Shown here: one piece after another, positions 1 to 9,890 of the stretch | How the letters are laid out: each line of letters begins with the position of its first letter | Position numbering within the stretch: the stretch's first letter is position 1 | From: an uncultured Sphingomonadales bacterium | GTDB taxonomy: Bacteria > Pseudomonadota > Alphaproteobacteria > Sphingomonadales > Rhodothalassiaceae | DNA: 64,000 nt | NCBI GenBank assembly: GCA_964484045.1 | Contig: CAZAEP010000001.1 | Location: forward strand, 11,634-75,633 | Direction: 5' to 3' | Notes under the pieces: model-generated | The model's input: only the letters and a program-made list of their open reading frames with translations | Databases searched by the model: none | Told to the model about the DNA's origin: nothing | Program-made: the position numbers and the translations under genes

Positions 1-1566
1 GCCGACGCCTTCTCGATCGCCATCGACGGCTCCGACAATGTCGTCATCGCCGGCACCACGGCCGACAATCTCGCCCCCGGCACCACGGTGCCGGGCACCG
101 ACAGCTTCATCGCCAAATTCAGCAAGACGGGCGATCGCCTCTTCACCTATCAGCTCGACACCTTTTCCGAGGACGGCGTCGCCGATCTCGCCGTCGATGC
201 GAACGGCGATATTTTCGCCACCGGCTTCACCCGTGGCGCGCTCGATGCCTCGACGCCTTCGAACGGCGGCCGCGACACCGTGCTGCTGCGCATCGACGGC
301 ACCACCGGCACGCTCGCCGACAAGACCGTGATCGGCACCGCCGGCGACGAGCGCGGACAGGCCATCGCCATCGCCAATGACGGCAACGTCCTCGTCGCCT
401 CGCGCGAGGACGGCCGCGCGGTTCTGCGCAAGCTCGACGTCACCAACCTCTCACCTGTCCTGTTGACCCAAGACCTCGGGTCGATCGGGCTTACCGGTGC
501 GATCCGCGACCTCGCGGTGTCGGGAACGGACATCTTCCTCGCCGGCGACACCGAGGACGCGACCTTCACCGGCGGCGCCGCCACCGTGGCCGCAGCGGCG
601 TCGGGGGGCGGCGATGCCTTTCTCCTCAAGCTCACCGACCAGGGGACGAGCGTCAGCGCCGACACGATCAGCTTCGTCGGCACGACGGCGAAGGAGAGCG
701 CCGACGAGATCGTCGTCAACGGGTCGAGCGTCTTTCTCGCCGGCACCACGGGCGGCGATCTCGGCGGCAGCGGCCGGACCGGCGCCACGGACGGCTTCGT
801 CGCGCGCCTCAACGCCACCACCGGGCTCATCGAGCAGGTCGACCAGTTCGGCATATTGCTGTCGAAGACCTCGGGCACGGGACTTGCTCTCGCGCCCGGC
901 GGCGAATCGGTCCTCGACAAGCTCGGGCTGCCGCTTGGCACCGTCGACCGTCTCGAGACGCGCGATATCGAGACCCAGACCACGGCCCGCGTCGGCGACT
1001 ATTTCGAGGTCTCGATCAATGGCGGCACGCCGCAGCGGATCACGCTCGAGGCCGGCGACGATCTCAACGATATCGCCCGCAAGCTCAAGCGCCTGTCGCT
1101 CAGGAGCGTGCTCGATGCGACGGTCACCGGCGGCGAGCTCGAGATCAGCGCGCTCGACAGCAATCAGATCGACCTCATCTCCGGGCCCGCGGGCAAGGAC
1201 CTGCTGGAAAAGCTCGGACTGGCCCCGCAGAGGCTGGTCGGCCTCGATGCGCTGCTCGAGCTCGATACCGGCACGAGCAGCAGCAAGAGCAAGGAGCCGA
1301 AGATCGGCGGCAATTTCCCGCTGCGTCTCGACCAGCCGCTCTCGCTCGCCGACAAGACCGCGGCACAATTCACCCTGACCCGGATCCAGGATGCGATCGA
1401 GACCACGAAGCGCGCCTTCCGGTCGCTGACGCCCAGCGCCCTTCCCGACCCGGCCCTGAGCGGCCCGGTTCCGAAGGAGATCTCGAAGCAGCTCGCCAAT
1501 TATTCGGACGCCCTGCTGCGTCTTCAGTTCGCGAGCTTCGGCTCGAGCGGCGGCGTCCTCATCTGA
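1..1566 (+). CDS. Beta-propeller (SBBP-like) repeat protein with a flagellin 'IN'-motif-like C-terminal region; 5' end lies upstream of the window
   Basis: Frame 1 is open from nt 1 (ADAFSIAIDGSDNVVIAGTT...) into track ORF 88..1566. It has recurring D-x-x-G-(D/N)-(I/V)-(F/L/V)-(A/V)-x-G-x-T blocks (DANGDIFATGFT, NDGNVLVAS, SGTDIFLAGDT, NGSSVFLAGTT). The C-terminal part carries FEVSINGGTPQRITLEAGDDLNDIARKL...LEKLGL. Confidence 0.6.
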   Translation, partial: ADAFSIAIDGSDNVVIAGTTADNLAPGTTVPGTDSFIAKFSKTGDRLFTYQLDTFSEDGVADLAVDANGDIFATGFTRGALDASTPSNGGRDTVLLRIDGTTGTLADKTVIGTAGDERGQAIAIANDGNVLVASREDGRAVLRKLDVTNLSPVLLTQDLGSIGLTGAIRDLAVSGTDIFLAGDTEDATFTGGAATVAAAASGGGDAFLLKLTDQGTSVSADTISFVGTTAKESADEIVVNGSSVFLAGTTGGDLGGSGRTGATDGFVARLNATTGLIEQVDQFGILLSKTSGTGLALAPGGESVLDKLGLPLGTVDRLETRDIETQTTARVGDYFEVSINGGTPQRITLEAGDDLNDIARKLKRLSLRSVLDATVTGGELEISALDSNQIDLISGPAGKDLLEKLGLAPQRLVGLDALLELDTGTSSSKSKEPKIGGNFPLRLDQPLSLADKTAAQFTLTRIQDAIETTKRAFRSLTPSALPDPALSGPVPKEISKQLANYSDALLRLQFASFGSSGGVLI

Positions 1567-1596
1567 TCGACGACCGTCGCTCCCGATCGGACGCGG

Positions 1597-1624
1597 CCCT
1601 TGCCTTCGATTCAGCAAGGGTTAA
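1597..1624 (+). terminator. Candidate intrinsic terminator after the beta-propeller gene
   Basis: The stem is CCCTTGC (1597..1603) / GCAAGGG (1614..1620), with a 10-nt loop, followed by TTAA. It lies 31 nt after the stop. Confidence 0.35.
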
Positions 1625-1676
1625 GCTCGTCTCCGCCAGAGAGAAGCGCGTGAGGCATGAAAAGCGGGGAGTGCAG

Positions 1677-2120
1677 ATGAAATCCGTCCTGGCCGTGACG
1701 ATCGTCTTCGCCGCATCGTGGGGGCTGGCCGCATCCGCCGCCGCCCCCGCATCCGCGGTGCAGGATGACGGCGGGACCCGGAGCGCCGGCCCGCCCGCGG
1801 TCGGCAATTGCATTCGCGTGCGGCAGATCCGCAACACGAAGGTGATCGACGACAGCGCGGTGATTCTCGAGATGGCGGGCGGACGCACGCTCCTGATGCG
1901 CCTCAAATACCCCTGTCCGCAACTCGCCTTTCACGACTATTTCTCCTATGAGGCGACGCTCGGGCTGCTGTGCGCCGAGATCGACCACATCGTTTCGCGG
2001 GCGGGGGCCCACTGCCAGATCGGCGGCTTCGAGATCTATGCCCCGCCCGAGGATGACGCCGGCGACGAAGACTCGCCATCGGCGTCGAACGGTAGCGGAT
2101 CCGCCCCGCTCCCGGCATGA
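1677..2120 (+). CDS. Small exported hypothetical protein
   Basis: ATG 1677 sits 6 nt after GGGGAG. The N-terminal signal peptide is MKSVLAVTIVFAASWGLAASAAA. The body has conserved Cys residues and an acidic Ser/Asp-rich tail. I cannot name a family with confidence. Confidence 0.6.
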   Translation: MKSVLAVTIVFAASWGLAASAAAPASAVQDDGGTRSAGPPAVGNCIRVRQIRNTKVIDDSAVILEMAGGRTLLMRLKYPCPQLAFHDYFSYEATLGLLCAEIDHIVSRAGAHCQIGGFEIYAPPEDDAGDEDSPSASNGSGSAPLPA

Positions 2121-2210
2121 GTGCCCGGGCCGCCGCGCCCACGGCCCGGCGACGCGGCTTGTTTCCCTGCCGATCGACCGTCTAAGATCGCCGCTCGAGG
2201 CATCCAAGCG

Positions 2211-4652
2211 ATGCGAGAGGGAAGAGGAATGGGGCTGGTGGCGTCCTGGACGCTGTTTCTGCCGGCATTGCCGGGGGCGGGCGCTCTTGACGGGGGACTC
2301 CTGGCCCAGGCGGCAACCCTTGGCGCCGCCCTCTTCTGGTTCGGCTTCGCCATCTGGGCGCTGGCGGGGCGCAACCGGGCCCGCCGCGAAAGCCTGGGCT
2401 GGGCCCGGGAGGCGGCATTCCTGCGGCGGATCGCCGGCGCCATGGACGGCCTCATGCTGCGCACGCCGGGCGGCGAGATCTGGTTCGGCGGCAAGGCGCG
2501 CAAATGGCTCGGCATCGATCGCGACCGGCTCGATGTCCGGCAATTCGAGAGCGCGCTTGCGCCGCGAATCGGCGAGGACGCCTGTCGCGCCCTTCTCGAG
2601 CGCCTCGAGGGAGCGTCACAGGCGGACGAGCTGATCCTCCATCTGCCCGATGGTCGCATGCTGACGGCCGAACCGGTCGCCGACGTCGATCCCGCGGTGC
2701 TCGACGGAGCCCGGCTCCTGCGGCTGAAAGACGGTGCCGGCGGCGTCGGAGAGAACGCGGCCCCAGCGCTCGCCGGAGACCGCCGCGCGCACATGGCGCA
2801 AAGCCTGCGCACCATGCTCAACGCGGCGCCCTTCCCGGTCTGGCTGCGCGACGAGACGCTGGATATCATTGCCGTCAACGACGCCTATGTACGAGCGGTC
2901 GAGCAGCCGGATGCGGCGGCCGTCATCGAGCGGCAGGTGGAGATCGTCTCCAACGCGCTGACCGGAAGCTCGCGGGACAGCGCGCGCCGGGCGCAGGAAA
3001 AGGGCGCGGCGGTCAGCGAACGCCACTTCGCCGTGCTCGCCGGTCAGCGGCGCGCCCTTGCGATCCACGACATTCCCGTCGATGGCCAGGTCGTCGGAAT
3101 CGCCATCGACATGACCGACGTGGAAGAGATCCGCGCCGAGCTCGCCCGCGTCATCGAGAGCCATTCCGAGACCCTGAACAGCCTGTCCAGCCCGGTCGCC
3201 ATCTTCGACGCCGACCAGCGTCTGCGGTTCTCCAACAGCGCCTTTGCGCGGCTTTTCCGTCTCAGCGAGGACTGGCTCGCCGAAGGTCCCGATCACGGCA
3301 GTCTTCTCGAAGCGATGCGCGAACGCCGCCGCCTTCCCGAACAGGCCGATTTCCAGGCCTGGAAGAAGCAGCAGCTCGACCTCTATCACTCGCCCGAGCC
3401 GACCGAGGACATGTGGCACCTGCCCGACGGCAGCAGTCTGCGCGCGGTCGCACAGCCGCATCCGCTGGGCGGTCTTCTCGTCTTCTACGAAGACGTCACC
3501 GACCGCCTGGCGCTCGAAGGCTCCTACAACACGCTGATCGCCGTTCAACGTGAAACGCTCAATCATCTGCACGAGGCGGTGGCGGTCTATGGCAGCGATG
3601 CCCGGCTCAAGCTCTACAATCCCAATTACGCCCGCATCTGGCAGCTCGATCCGGCGTTTCTCGACAGCGAACCGCATTTCGGCGAGATTCTCGACCATGC
3701 GCGCGCCCTCCTCGACACCGGCAACGACTGGGCCGCCCGCAAGGCACGCCTCATCGGGCAACTGGCGGAGCGGGAAACGCGGGCGGGTCGCTGGCACCGG
3801 CCCGATGGCAAGGTTCTCGATTACGCCATGGTGCCCTTGCCCGACGGCCGGGTGATGACGACCCATATCGACGTCACCGACAGCTTCCGCATCGAGCATG
3901 CCTTGCGGGAGCGCAATGAGGCCCTCGAGACCGCGGACCGCCTCAAGAGCGAGTTCGTCGCCAACATGTCCTACGAGCTGCGGACCCCGCTCAACACGAT
4001 CATCGGCTTTGCCGAACTCATGGACGGCGATGTCGCCGGGACGCTCAGCGCCAGGCAGCGCGACTATGTCCGTTATGTCCTCCGGGCCGCCGGACAGCTT
4101 CGCGACCTGATCGACGACATCCTCGATCTGGCGGTCATAGAAGCGGGCGTGATGTCCCTCGACATCACCGAGATCCCGGTCGCCGACCTGCTCGAGAATG
4201 TGGCCGGAATCAGTCGCGAACAGGCCCGCAAGGCAGGGCTCGAACTGGTCGTCAAATGCGATCCCGGCTGCGGCTCCATCGAAGGCGACCAGCGGCGCCT
4301 CACCCAGGCGATCTACAATCTCGTCGCCAACTCCGTGAAATTCACCCCGCGCGGCGGGCGCATCACGCTGCGCGCGCGGCCCGCCGGCGACGACGGGGTC
4401 GAGATCACCGTCCGCGACACCGGCATCGGGATCGACGAGGAGGATCGCGAGGCCATCTTCGAAAAGTTCCATACCGGGACGCGGCCCTCGAGCCGCAAGG
4501 GGGTCGGCCTCGGGCTGTCGCTTGTGCGCAGCTTCATCGAACTCCACCGCGGCCGCATTTCGCTCGTCTCGCGCCCCACGGAGGGAACCACGGTGACCTG
4601 CGTGCTGCCGCGGAGGCAGGCCGCGGACGCGCAACTCAAGCGGGCCATCTGA
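2211..4652 (+). CDS. Membrane-anchored PAS-domain sensor histidine kinase
   Basis: Track ORF 2121..4652; the likely start is ATG 2211 or 2229. It has N-terminal hydrophobic segments and PAS-like repeats. The H-box is SEFVANMSYELRTPLNTIIGF. ATPase boxes are NLVANSVKFTP, DTGIGID and GVGLGLSLV. Confidence 0.85.
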   Translation: MREGRGMGLVASWTLFLPALPGAGALDGGLLAQAATLGAALFWFGFAIWALAGRNRARRESLGWAREAAFLRRIAGAMDGLMLRTPGGEIWFGGKARKWLGIDRDRLDVRQFESALAPRIGEDACRALLERLEGASQADELILHLPDGRMLTAEPVADVDPAVLDGARLLRLKDGAGGVGENAAPALAGDRRAHMAQSLRTMLNAAPFPVWLRDETLDIIAVNDAYVRAVEQPDAAAVIERQVEIVSNALTGSSRDSARRAQEKGAAVSERHFAVLAGQRRALAIHDIPVDGQVVGIAIDMTDVEEIRAELARVIESHSETLNSLSSPVAIFDADQRLRFSNSAFARLFRLSEDWLAEGPDHGSLLEAMRERRRLPEQADFQAWKKQQLDLYHSPEPTEDMWHLPDGSSLRAVAQPHPLGGLLVFYEDVTDRLALEGSYNTLIAVQRETLNHLHEAVAVYGSDARLKLYNPNYARIWQLDPAFLDSEPHFGEILDHARALLDTGNDWAARKARLIGQLAERETRAGRWHRPDGKVLDYAMVPLPDGRVMTTHIDVTDSFRIEHALRERNEALETADRLKSEFVANMSYELRTPLNTIIGFAELMDGDVAGTLSARQRDYVRYVLRAAGQLRDLIDDILDLAVIEAGVMSLDITEIPVADLLENVAGISREQARKAGLELVVKCDPGCGSIEGDQRRLTQAIYNLVANSVKFTPRGGRITLRARPAGDDGVEITVRDTGIGIDEEDREAIFEKFHTGTRPSSRKGVGLGLSLVRSFIELHRGRISLVSRPTEGTTVTCVLPRRQAADAQLKRAI

Positions 4653-4656
4653 TCCC

Positions 4657-5142
4657 ATGGAAGGCCCGCTCCGTGTCGTCGAAACGGCGGAAGAGAGCGC
4701 CACCGCGAGAATCGGGGCGCGGCTTGCGCCGGCTCTTTCGGCCGGCGACGTCATCGCGCTCCGGGGCGGACTGGGCAGCGGCAAGAGCGTGCTTGCGCGA
4801 GCGCTCGTCCGGGCCCGGATGGGGGATCCCGGGCTCACCGTTCCGAGCCCCTCCTTCAATCTCGTCCAGATCTACGAGCCGCCCGCGGGACCGCCGGTCT
4901 GGCATGTCGATCTCTATCGCCTCGACCGGGCATCGGAGCTCGACGAGCTGGGCCTTGAAGACGCCTTTGACGCGGCGGTGACCCTTATCGAGTGGGCGGA
5001 GAAGGCGGCGCCGCTCCTCCCCGAAGAGGCCCTGCACATCGTGATCGAGACGACGGGCCCGGGACGCCGTCGCCTCGTCTTTCTGGGCGGGCCGGCCTGG
5101 CGCGACCGCCTCGACGCGCTCGAGGGGCTCGCAGCGGGATGA
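4657..5142 (+). CDS. tsaE: tRNA threonylcarbamoyladenosine (t6A) biosynthesis ATPase TsaE
   Basis: 161 aa with P-loop GGLGSGKS and the downstream HVDLYRL motif. It starts 4 nt after the kinase stop. Confidence 0.9.
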   Translation: MEGPLRVVETAEESATARIGARLAPALSAGDVIALRGGLGSGKSVLARALVRARMGDPGLTVPSPSFNLVQIYEPPAGPPVWHVDLYRLDRASELDELGLEDAFDAAVTLIEWAEKAAPLLPEEALHIVIETTGPGRRRLVFLGGPAWRDRLDALEGLAAG

Positions 5143-6125
5143 CCCGCGCGGCGCGGATCGCGGCCTTTCTCGACGCCGCCGGCTGGCAGGGAGCGGAGCG
5201 GCGGCCTCTGGCCGGAGACGCCTCCTTTCGCCGTTACGAGCGCCTTGTCAGGGGACGGCGGCGGGCGATTCTCATGGACGCGCCGCCGGAGCGGGAAGAC
5301 GTCCGGCCGTTTCTCGCGATCGACCGTCTGCTTCGCGCCTGGGGCTGTTCGGCCCCGCGCATCCTGGCGGCCGACGTCGATGCCGGACTCGTGCTTCTCG
5401 AGGACCTCGGCGACGAGAGCTTCACCCGGCGTCTCGCGCGCCGTCCCGCCGATGCACTGCCTCTCTATTCGGCCGCCGTCGACCTCCTCGTCGCGCTGCA
5501 CCGTCGGACGCCGCCGGCAAGCCTTCCCGCCTATGATCTCGCCGAGCTCATGCGGGAAGCGCGGCTCTTCGCCGAATGGTATCTGCCCGCGCTCCATCCC
5601 GGAGGCGACATCGCCGCCTTCACGGCGGCGCTGGAGAGCCGCTACCGGCCGCTTCTGCGCGAACTCGCCGGGGTCGAGTCCGTTCTCACCCTGCGCGACT
5701 ATCATGCCGACAATCTTCACTGGCTGGCGCGCCGCCGCGGCCTCCGGCGGGTCGGTCTGCTCGACTTCCAGGACGCAGTCCGCGGCCATCCCGCCTATGA
5801 TCTCGTGTCCCTGCTGCAGGACGCCCGTCGCGAGGTGCCGGTCGCGCTTGAAGAGGCCATGATCACGCGCTATCTCGAGCGGGCCGCCATTGCCGACCGG
5901 GCGGCCTTTCGCCGCGCCTATCATCTCCTCGGCATGCAGAGGGCGACCAAGGTGATCGGCATCTTCACGCGTCTGCACCGGCGGGACCGCAAGCCGCGCT
6001 ATCTCGCCTTCCTGCCGCGCGTCCGGGAGCATCTCGAACGCAATCTCGCCGCCGCGGAGCTGCGGGAGCTGGCAAGCTGGCTCGACGCGGTGGCACCTCC
6101 GGCGCTGCGCCGCGACGAAGAATGA
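5139..6125 (+). CDS. amgK: Aminoglycoside-phosphotransferase-fold kinase (AmgK-like anomeric MurNAc/GlcNAc kinase candidate)
   Basis: ATG 5139 overlaps the tsaE TGA (ATGA). Catalytic-loop motif LRDYHADNLHW and metal-binding motif LLDFQDA are typical of the APH/choline-kinase fold. It is paired with the next nucleotidyltransferase gene, as AmgK is with MurU. Confidence 0.75.
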   Translation: MTRAARIAAFLDAAGWQGAERRPLAGDASFRRYERLVRGRRRAILMDAPPEREDVRPFLAIDRLLRAWGCSAPRILAADVDAGLVLLEDLGDESFTRRLARRPADALPLYSAAVDLLVALHRRTPPASLPAYDLAELMREARLFAEWYLPALHPGGDIAAFTAALESRYRPLLRELAGVESVLTLRDYHADNLHWLARRRGLRRVGLLDFQDAVRGHPAYDLVSLLQDARREVPVALEEAMITRYLERAAIADRAAFRRAYHLLGMQRATKVIGIFTRLHRRDRKPRYLAFLPRVREHLERNLAAAELRELASWLDAVAPPALRRDEE

Positions 6126-6135
6126 AAGGCGTGCC

Positions 6136-6900
6136 ATGGCCTTGAACGACCATCGCTCCGGCACCGCGACGCGACCGCTCGACGGCGGCCCCGTTCGCCG
6201 CGCCATGATTCTCGCCGCGGGGCTCGGCACCCGCATGCGGCCGCTGACCGAGAGCCGCCCCAAGGCGCTCGTTCCGCTCGCCGGTCGGCCGCTCGTCGAC
6301 CGCGTGCTCGATCACCTCGCACGGGCCGGCATCGAGCGCGTGGTGGTCAATGTCCATGCCCATGCCGATCGGCTCATCGCGCATCTCGCGGCACGGGCGG
6401 AGGGCCCGGAGATCGTCATCTCGGACGAGCGGGCGCAACTGCTCGACACCGGCGGCGGCATCAGGCACGCACTGCCGCTGCTGGGCAGGGACCCGGTCTT
6501 CGTCGTCAATGTCGATGCCGTCTGGTCCGACGGGCCGACGAACACCCTGGCGCGACTTGCCGCGCGCTGGGACCCGGCGACGATGGACGCGCTCATGCTG
6601 GTGGTGCCGACGAGCGCCGCGCGGGGCTATTCCGGCCGCGGCGACTTCCTCATGGACGCCATGGGGCGCCTCGAGCGCCGGGCGGAGCGCCGTCTCGCCC
6701 CCTTCGTCTTCAGCGGCATCCAGATCCTCGACCCTGAACTCGTGGCGGCGATCCCGGACCGGGTCTTCCCGCTCACCCGCGCCTGGCGGGGGGCGCTCGA
6801 ACGGGGCCGGCTCTACGGCCTCGTTCATGACGGGCGCTGGGCCCATGTCGGCACGCCAGCGGCGGTGGAGCTGGTCGAGCGCGGCGGACTCGGGTCATGA
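6136..6900 (+). CDS. murU: Sugar-1-phosphate nucleotidyltransferase (MurU-like)
   Basis: 254 aa. The N-terminal MILAAGLGTRMRPLT matches the GxGxRxxPLT nucleotidyltransferase signature. The start could be a few codons downstream. Confidence 0.75.
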   Translation: MALNDHRSGTATRPLDGGPVRRAMILAAGLGTRMRPLTESRPKALVPLAGRPLVDRVLDHLARAGIERVVVNVHAHADRLIAHLAARAEGPEIVISDERAQLLDTGGGIRHALPLLGRDPVFVVNVDAVWSDGPTNTLARLAARWDPATMDALMLVVPTSAARGYSGRGDFLMDAMGRLERRAERRLAPFVFSGIQILDPELVAAIPDRVFPLTRAWRGALERGRLYGLVHDGRWAHVGTPAAVELVERGGLGS

Positions 6901-9890
6901 CCATGCCCGCTCTTCGCGCCGCACCGCGGGTCTTCACGATTCCCTCGACGGTCTCCTTCGTCGATGCGCTCGCCGGCTCGCTTCTGCGCCGCGAGGCCGG
7001 CGATCCCCTCGCGCTCGGCCGGTATCGCATTCTGCTGCCCAATCGCCGCAGCCTGCGCCTTCTGCGCGAGGCCTTCCTGCGCGCGAGCGAGGGCCGGCCG
7101 CTTCTCCTGCCGCGCATGTCGGCGATCGGCGATGTCGACGAGGAGGAGCTGCTGCTCTTCGGCGCCCCCGAGGACGTGCTCGACCTGCCGCCGGCGATCT
7201 CCGGGCAACGACGCGTCTTTCTGCTGGCGCAACTCGTCCGCCGCCTGTCCGACCGGGCCGGGAGCCCGCATTCGCCGGCTGCCGCCCTGCGCCTCGCCCG
7301 CGAGCTCGCCCGGCTGATCGACGAGGTGCACACGGCGCGGGTCTCCTTCGATCGGCTGGCCGATCTCGCTCCCGATGCGCTTGCCGCGCACTGGCGGATG
7401 ACCCTCGACTTCCTGCGCATCGTGACCGAGTCCTGGCCCGGGATCCTGGCCGCGGAAGGCGCGCTCGACCCCGCCGACCGCCGCAACCGCCTGCTCGAGG
7501 CTCTGGCCCGGCGCTGGCGCGAGACGCCGCCGGCCGATCCGGTGATCGCCGCCGGCTCGACGGGCTCGGTTCCGGCCACCGCCGAGCTTCTCGGCGTCGT
7601 CGCCCGGCTGCCGCAAGGCGCGGTGATCCTGCCCGGTTTCGATCGCGACATCGACGACGAGAGCTGGCGGGCCCTCGACCCGGCACATCCGCAGTTCATG
7701 ATGCGACAGCTTCTCGAGAACATCGGCGTCGCGCGGCACGAGGTCGCGCCCTGGCCCCTGCCGCCCTCATGGCAGGCGCTGTCCGAGAGGCGAGCCCCGC
7801 GGGCGCGACTCTTCGCCGAGGCTCTGCGCCCCGCGGCGACCATCGAAAGCTGGTCGCGCCTTCGTTTCGACGCCGGATCGGCCCTCGCCGGCGTCCGGCG
7901 CATCGACGCGCGAAGCCTGCCCGAAGAGGCGGGTGCGATCGCCCTTCTCCTGCGCGAGGCCCTCGAGACGCCGGGCCGGACGGCCGCCCTCGTGACGCCG
8001 GACCGGACCCTTGCCCGGCTGGTGCAGAGCGAGCTCGGACGCTGGGGAATCGCCATCGACGACTCGGCCGGCACGCCCGCCGCCGCCTCGCCGACGGGAA
8101 GCTTTCTGCGCCTGCTCGTCCGCACCGTCGCCGAGGGCTTCGCGCCGGTCGGGCTCATGGCCCTGATGAAGCACCCCCTGGCGGCGGCCGGTCGGCCGAC
8201 GGGCGCGCCGGGGCGGCTGGCGCGCCGGCTCGACCGCTTCGGCGGCAGGGACGGCTACGCCCTGCGCGGTCCGGCCCCGGCGCCGGGTTCGCAAGCGGTG
8301 GTTCGGGCGCTGGAGAAGGCCGGTGTGCCGAAGGCGTGGCTGCGCGAACTGGAGAATTTCCTGGCGCTTCTCTCGCCGCTGGAGACGGCCCTGCGCGAAC
8401 GCGAGAAGATGCCTCTCGAGACGCTGCTTGCGCGCCATCTCGACACCGCCGAAGCGCTTGCGGCGACGGCCGACGACGCGGGGGGCGAGCGGCTCTGGCA
8501 CGGCGAGGCGGGCGAGGCGCTGGCCCTGCATCTTGCCGATGCGATGGCCGAGGCCGCGGACTTCGGACCGGTCGAGACGGCGGCCTATCCCGCGCTTTTC
8601 GATGCCCTTCTCGAGCCGCTCGTGGTGCGGCCGCGTTACGGCCGGCACCCGCGGCTGGCCATCCTCGGCACGCTCGAGGCGCGGCTTTTTCATGCCGATC
8701 TGATGGTGCTGGGCGGCCTCAATGAGGGCACCTGGCCGCCGGCGCCGGCTCATGACCCCTGGATGAGTCGCGCCATGCGCGCGGCCTTCGGGCTGCCCCC
8801 GACGGCCCGCCGCAGCGGACAGGCGGCCCATGACTTTCTCGCCGCCGCCGGGGCGCCGGAGGTGGTGATCACCCGTTCCGGCAAACGCGACGGCACGCCC
8901 ACGGTGCCGAGCCGCTGGCTCAGCCGCCTCGACGCGCTCACCGGCCGCGCCATTCCGCGCGCCGAGGACGTGCTCCGCATCCATCGCCGGATCGACCGTC
9001 CGGATCGGGTCGAACCCCTGCCGCCCCCACGGCCGACCCCGCCGGTCGAGGCGCGACCGAAGGCACTGTCCGTGACCCAGGTGGAAACCTGGATACGCGA
9101 CCCCTATGCGATCTATGCGCGCCATATTCTCGGCCTCGTGCCGCTCGACCCGCTCGAGGACGACCCCGGGGCGCTCCGACGCGGCACCGTGCTCCACGAC
9201 GCCCTCGATCGATTCCTCAGGGAGCGTCCACCGCACGAGGACCGGGAGGCCGCCCATGCGCGCCTGCTCGCATGCGGCCGTGCGGCCTTCGGGGCGCTTC
9301 TCGAGCGTCCCGCCGTGCGCGCCTTCTGGTGGCCGCGCTTCGAGGCCATCGCCGAGGCCTTTCTCGATCTCGAAGCCGCGCGCGAGGCGGAATACGAGAC
9401 GCTCGCCACCGAGGTGCGTGGAAAACTGACGCTCGGCACGCCGGTGCCCTTCACGCTCACCGCCAAGGCCGACCGCATCGATCGCCGGCACGGCGACGGC
9501 GCGCTCGAGATCATCGACTACAAGACCGGCGCGCCGCCGACGAAGAAGCGCATCGAGGCCGGCTTCGCGCCGCAATTGCCGCTCGAAGGCTGGATGGCCG
9601 AGGCCGGCGCCTTCACCGGCATCCCCGCGGGCGATGTCGGCACCCTCGTGTTCTGGCACCTGAAGGGCACGCGCGTGCCGATCGAGATCAGGATGGTGAA
9701 GGAGGTCGAGAAGCAGATCGCCGCCGCCCGCGAGGGGCTCATGCGCCTCGTCGCCTGCTTCGCCCGCGAAGACACGCCCTATCTCTCCAATCCGCGACCC
9801 CGCGAGGCCGGCTGGGGAGACTACGACCATCTCGCCCGGGTCGAGGAGTGGACCCGCTTGCCGCGGCTGCCCGAGGAGAGCGGGTCATGA
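6897..9890 (+). CDS. addB: Double-strand break repair protein AddB (alphaproteobacterial type)
   Basis: 997 aa. ATG 6897 overlaps the upstream TGA. It lies immediately before addA. The C-terminal PD-(D/E)XK-like nuclease segment is KADRIDRR...LEIIDYKTG. Confidence 0.9.
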   Translation: MTMPALRAAPRVFTIPSTVSFVDALAGSLLRREAGDPLALGRYRILLPNRRSLRLLREAFLRASEGRPLLLPRMSAIGDVDEEELLLFGAPEDVLDLPPAISGQRRVFLLAQLVRRLSDRAGSPHSPAAALRLARELARLIDEVHTARVSFDRLADLAPDALAAHWRMTLDFLRIVTESWPGILAAEGALDPADRRNRLLEALARRWRETPPADPVIAAGSTGSVPATAELLGVVARLPQGAVILPGFDRDIDDESWRALDPAHPQFMMRQLLENIGVARHEVAPWPLPPSWQALSERRAPRARLFAEALRPAATIESWSRLRFDAGSALAGVRRIDARSLPEEAGAIALLLREALETPGRTAALVTPDRTLARLVQSELGRWGIAIDDSAGTPAAASPTGSFLRLLVRTVAEGFAPVGLMALMKHPLAAAGRPTGAPGRLARRLDRFGGRDGYALRGPAPAPGSQAVVRALEKAGVPKAWLRELENFLALLSPLETALREREKMPLETLLARHLDTAEALAATADDAGGERLWHGEAGEALALHLADAMAEAADFGPVETAAYPALFDALLEPLVVRPRYGRHPRLAILGTLEARLFHADLMVLGGLNEGTWPPAPAHDPWMSRAMRAAFGLPPTARRSGQAAHDFLAAAGAPEVVITRSGKRDGTPTVPSRWLSRLDALTGRAIPRAEDVLRIHRRIDRPDRVEPLPPPRPTPPVEARPKALSVTQVETWIRDPYAIYARHILGLVPLDPLEDDPGALRRGTVLHDALDRFLRERPPHEDREAAHARLLACGRAAFGALLERPAVRAFWWPRFEAIAEAFLDLEAAREAEYETLATEVRGKLTLGTPVPFTLTAKADRIDRRHGDGALEIIDYKTGAPPTKKRIEAGFAPQLPLEGWMAEAGAFTGIPAGDVGTLVFWHLKGTRVPIEIRMVKEVEKQIAAAREGLMRLVACFAREDTPYLSNPRPREAGWGDYDHLARVEEWTRLPRLPEESGS

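Noticed and set aside
2616-4859. A set of long antisense or alternative-frame ORFs: 2616..4859 (-), 6350..8725 (+), 7767..9830 (-), 44045..46384 (+), 46436..49204 (-), 59066..61027 (+) and 62160..63950 (-)
   Set aside because: Each overlaps a gene with strong family motifs on the other strand or frame and has Arg/Pro/Ala/Gly-biased, motif-free translations. They are GC-skewed codon-position shadows.
9272-9886. N-terminal extensions offered by the track: addA from 9272, the DUF2336-like gene from 35030, kinase 2 from 39294, dapE to 33061, cmk to 62085, and the rpsU frame to 43149
   Set aside because: The extensions read through neighbouring genes in another frame or strand. Conserved N-termini with SD sequences or ATGA/GTGA overlaps occur at the shorter starts used above.
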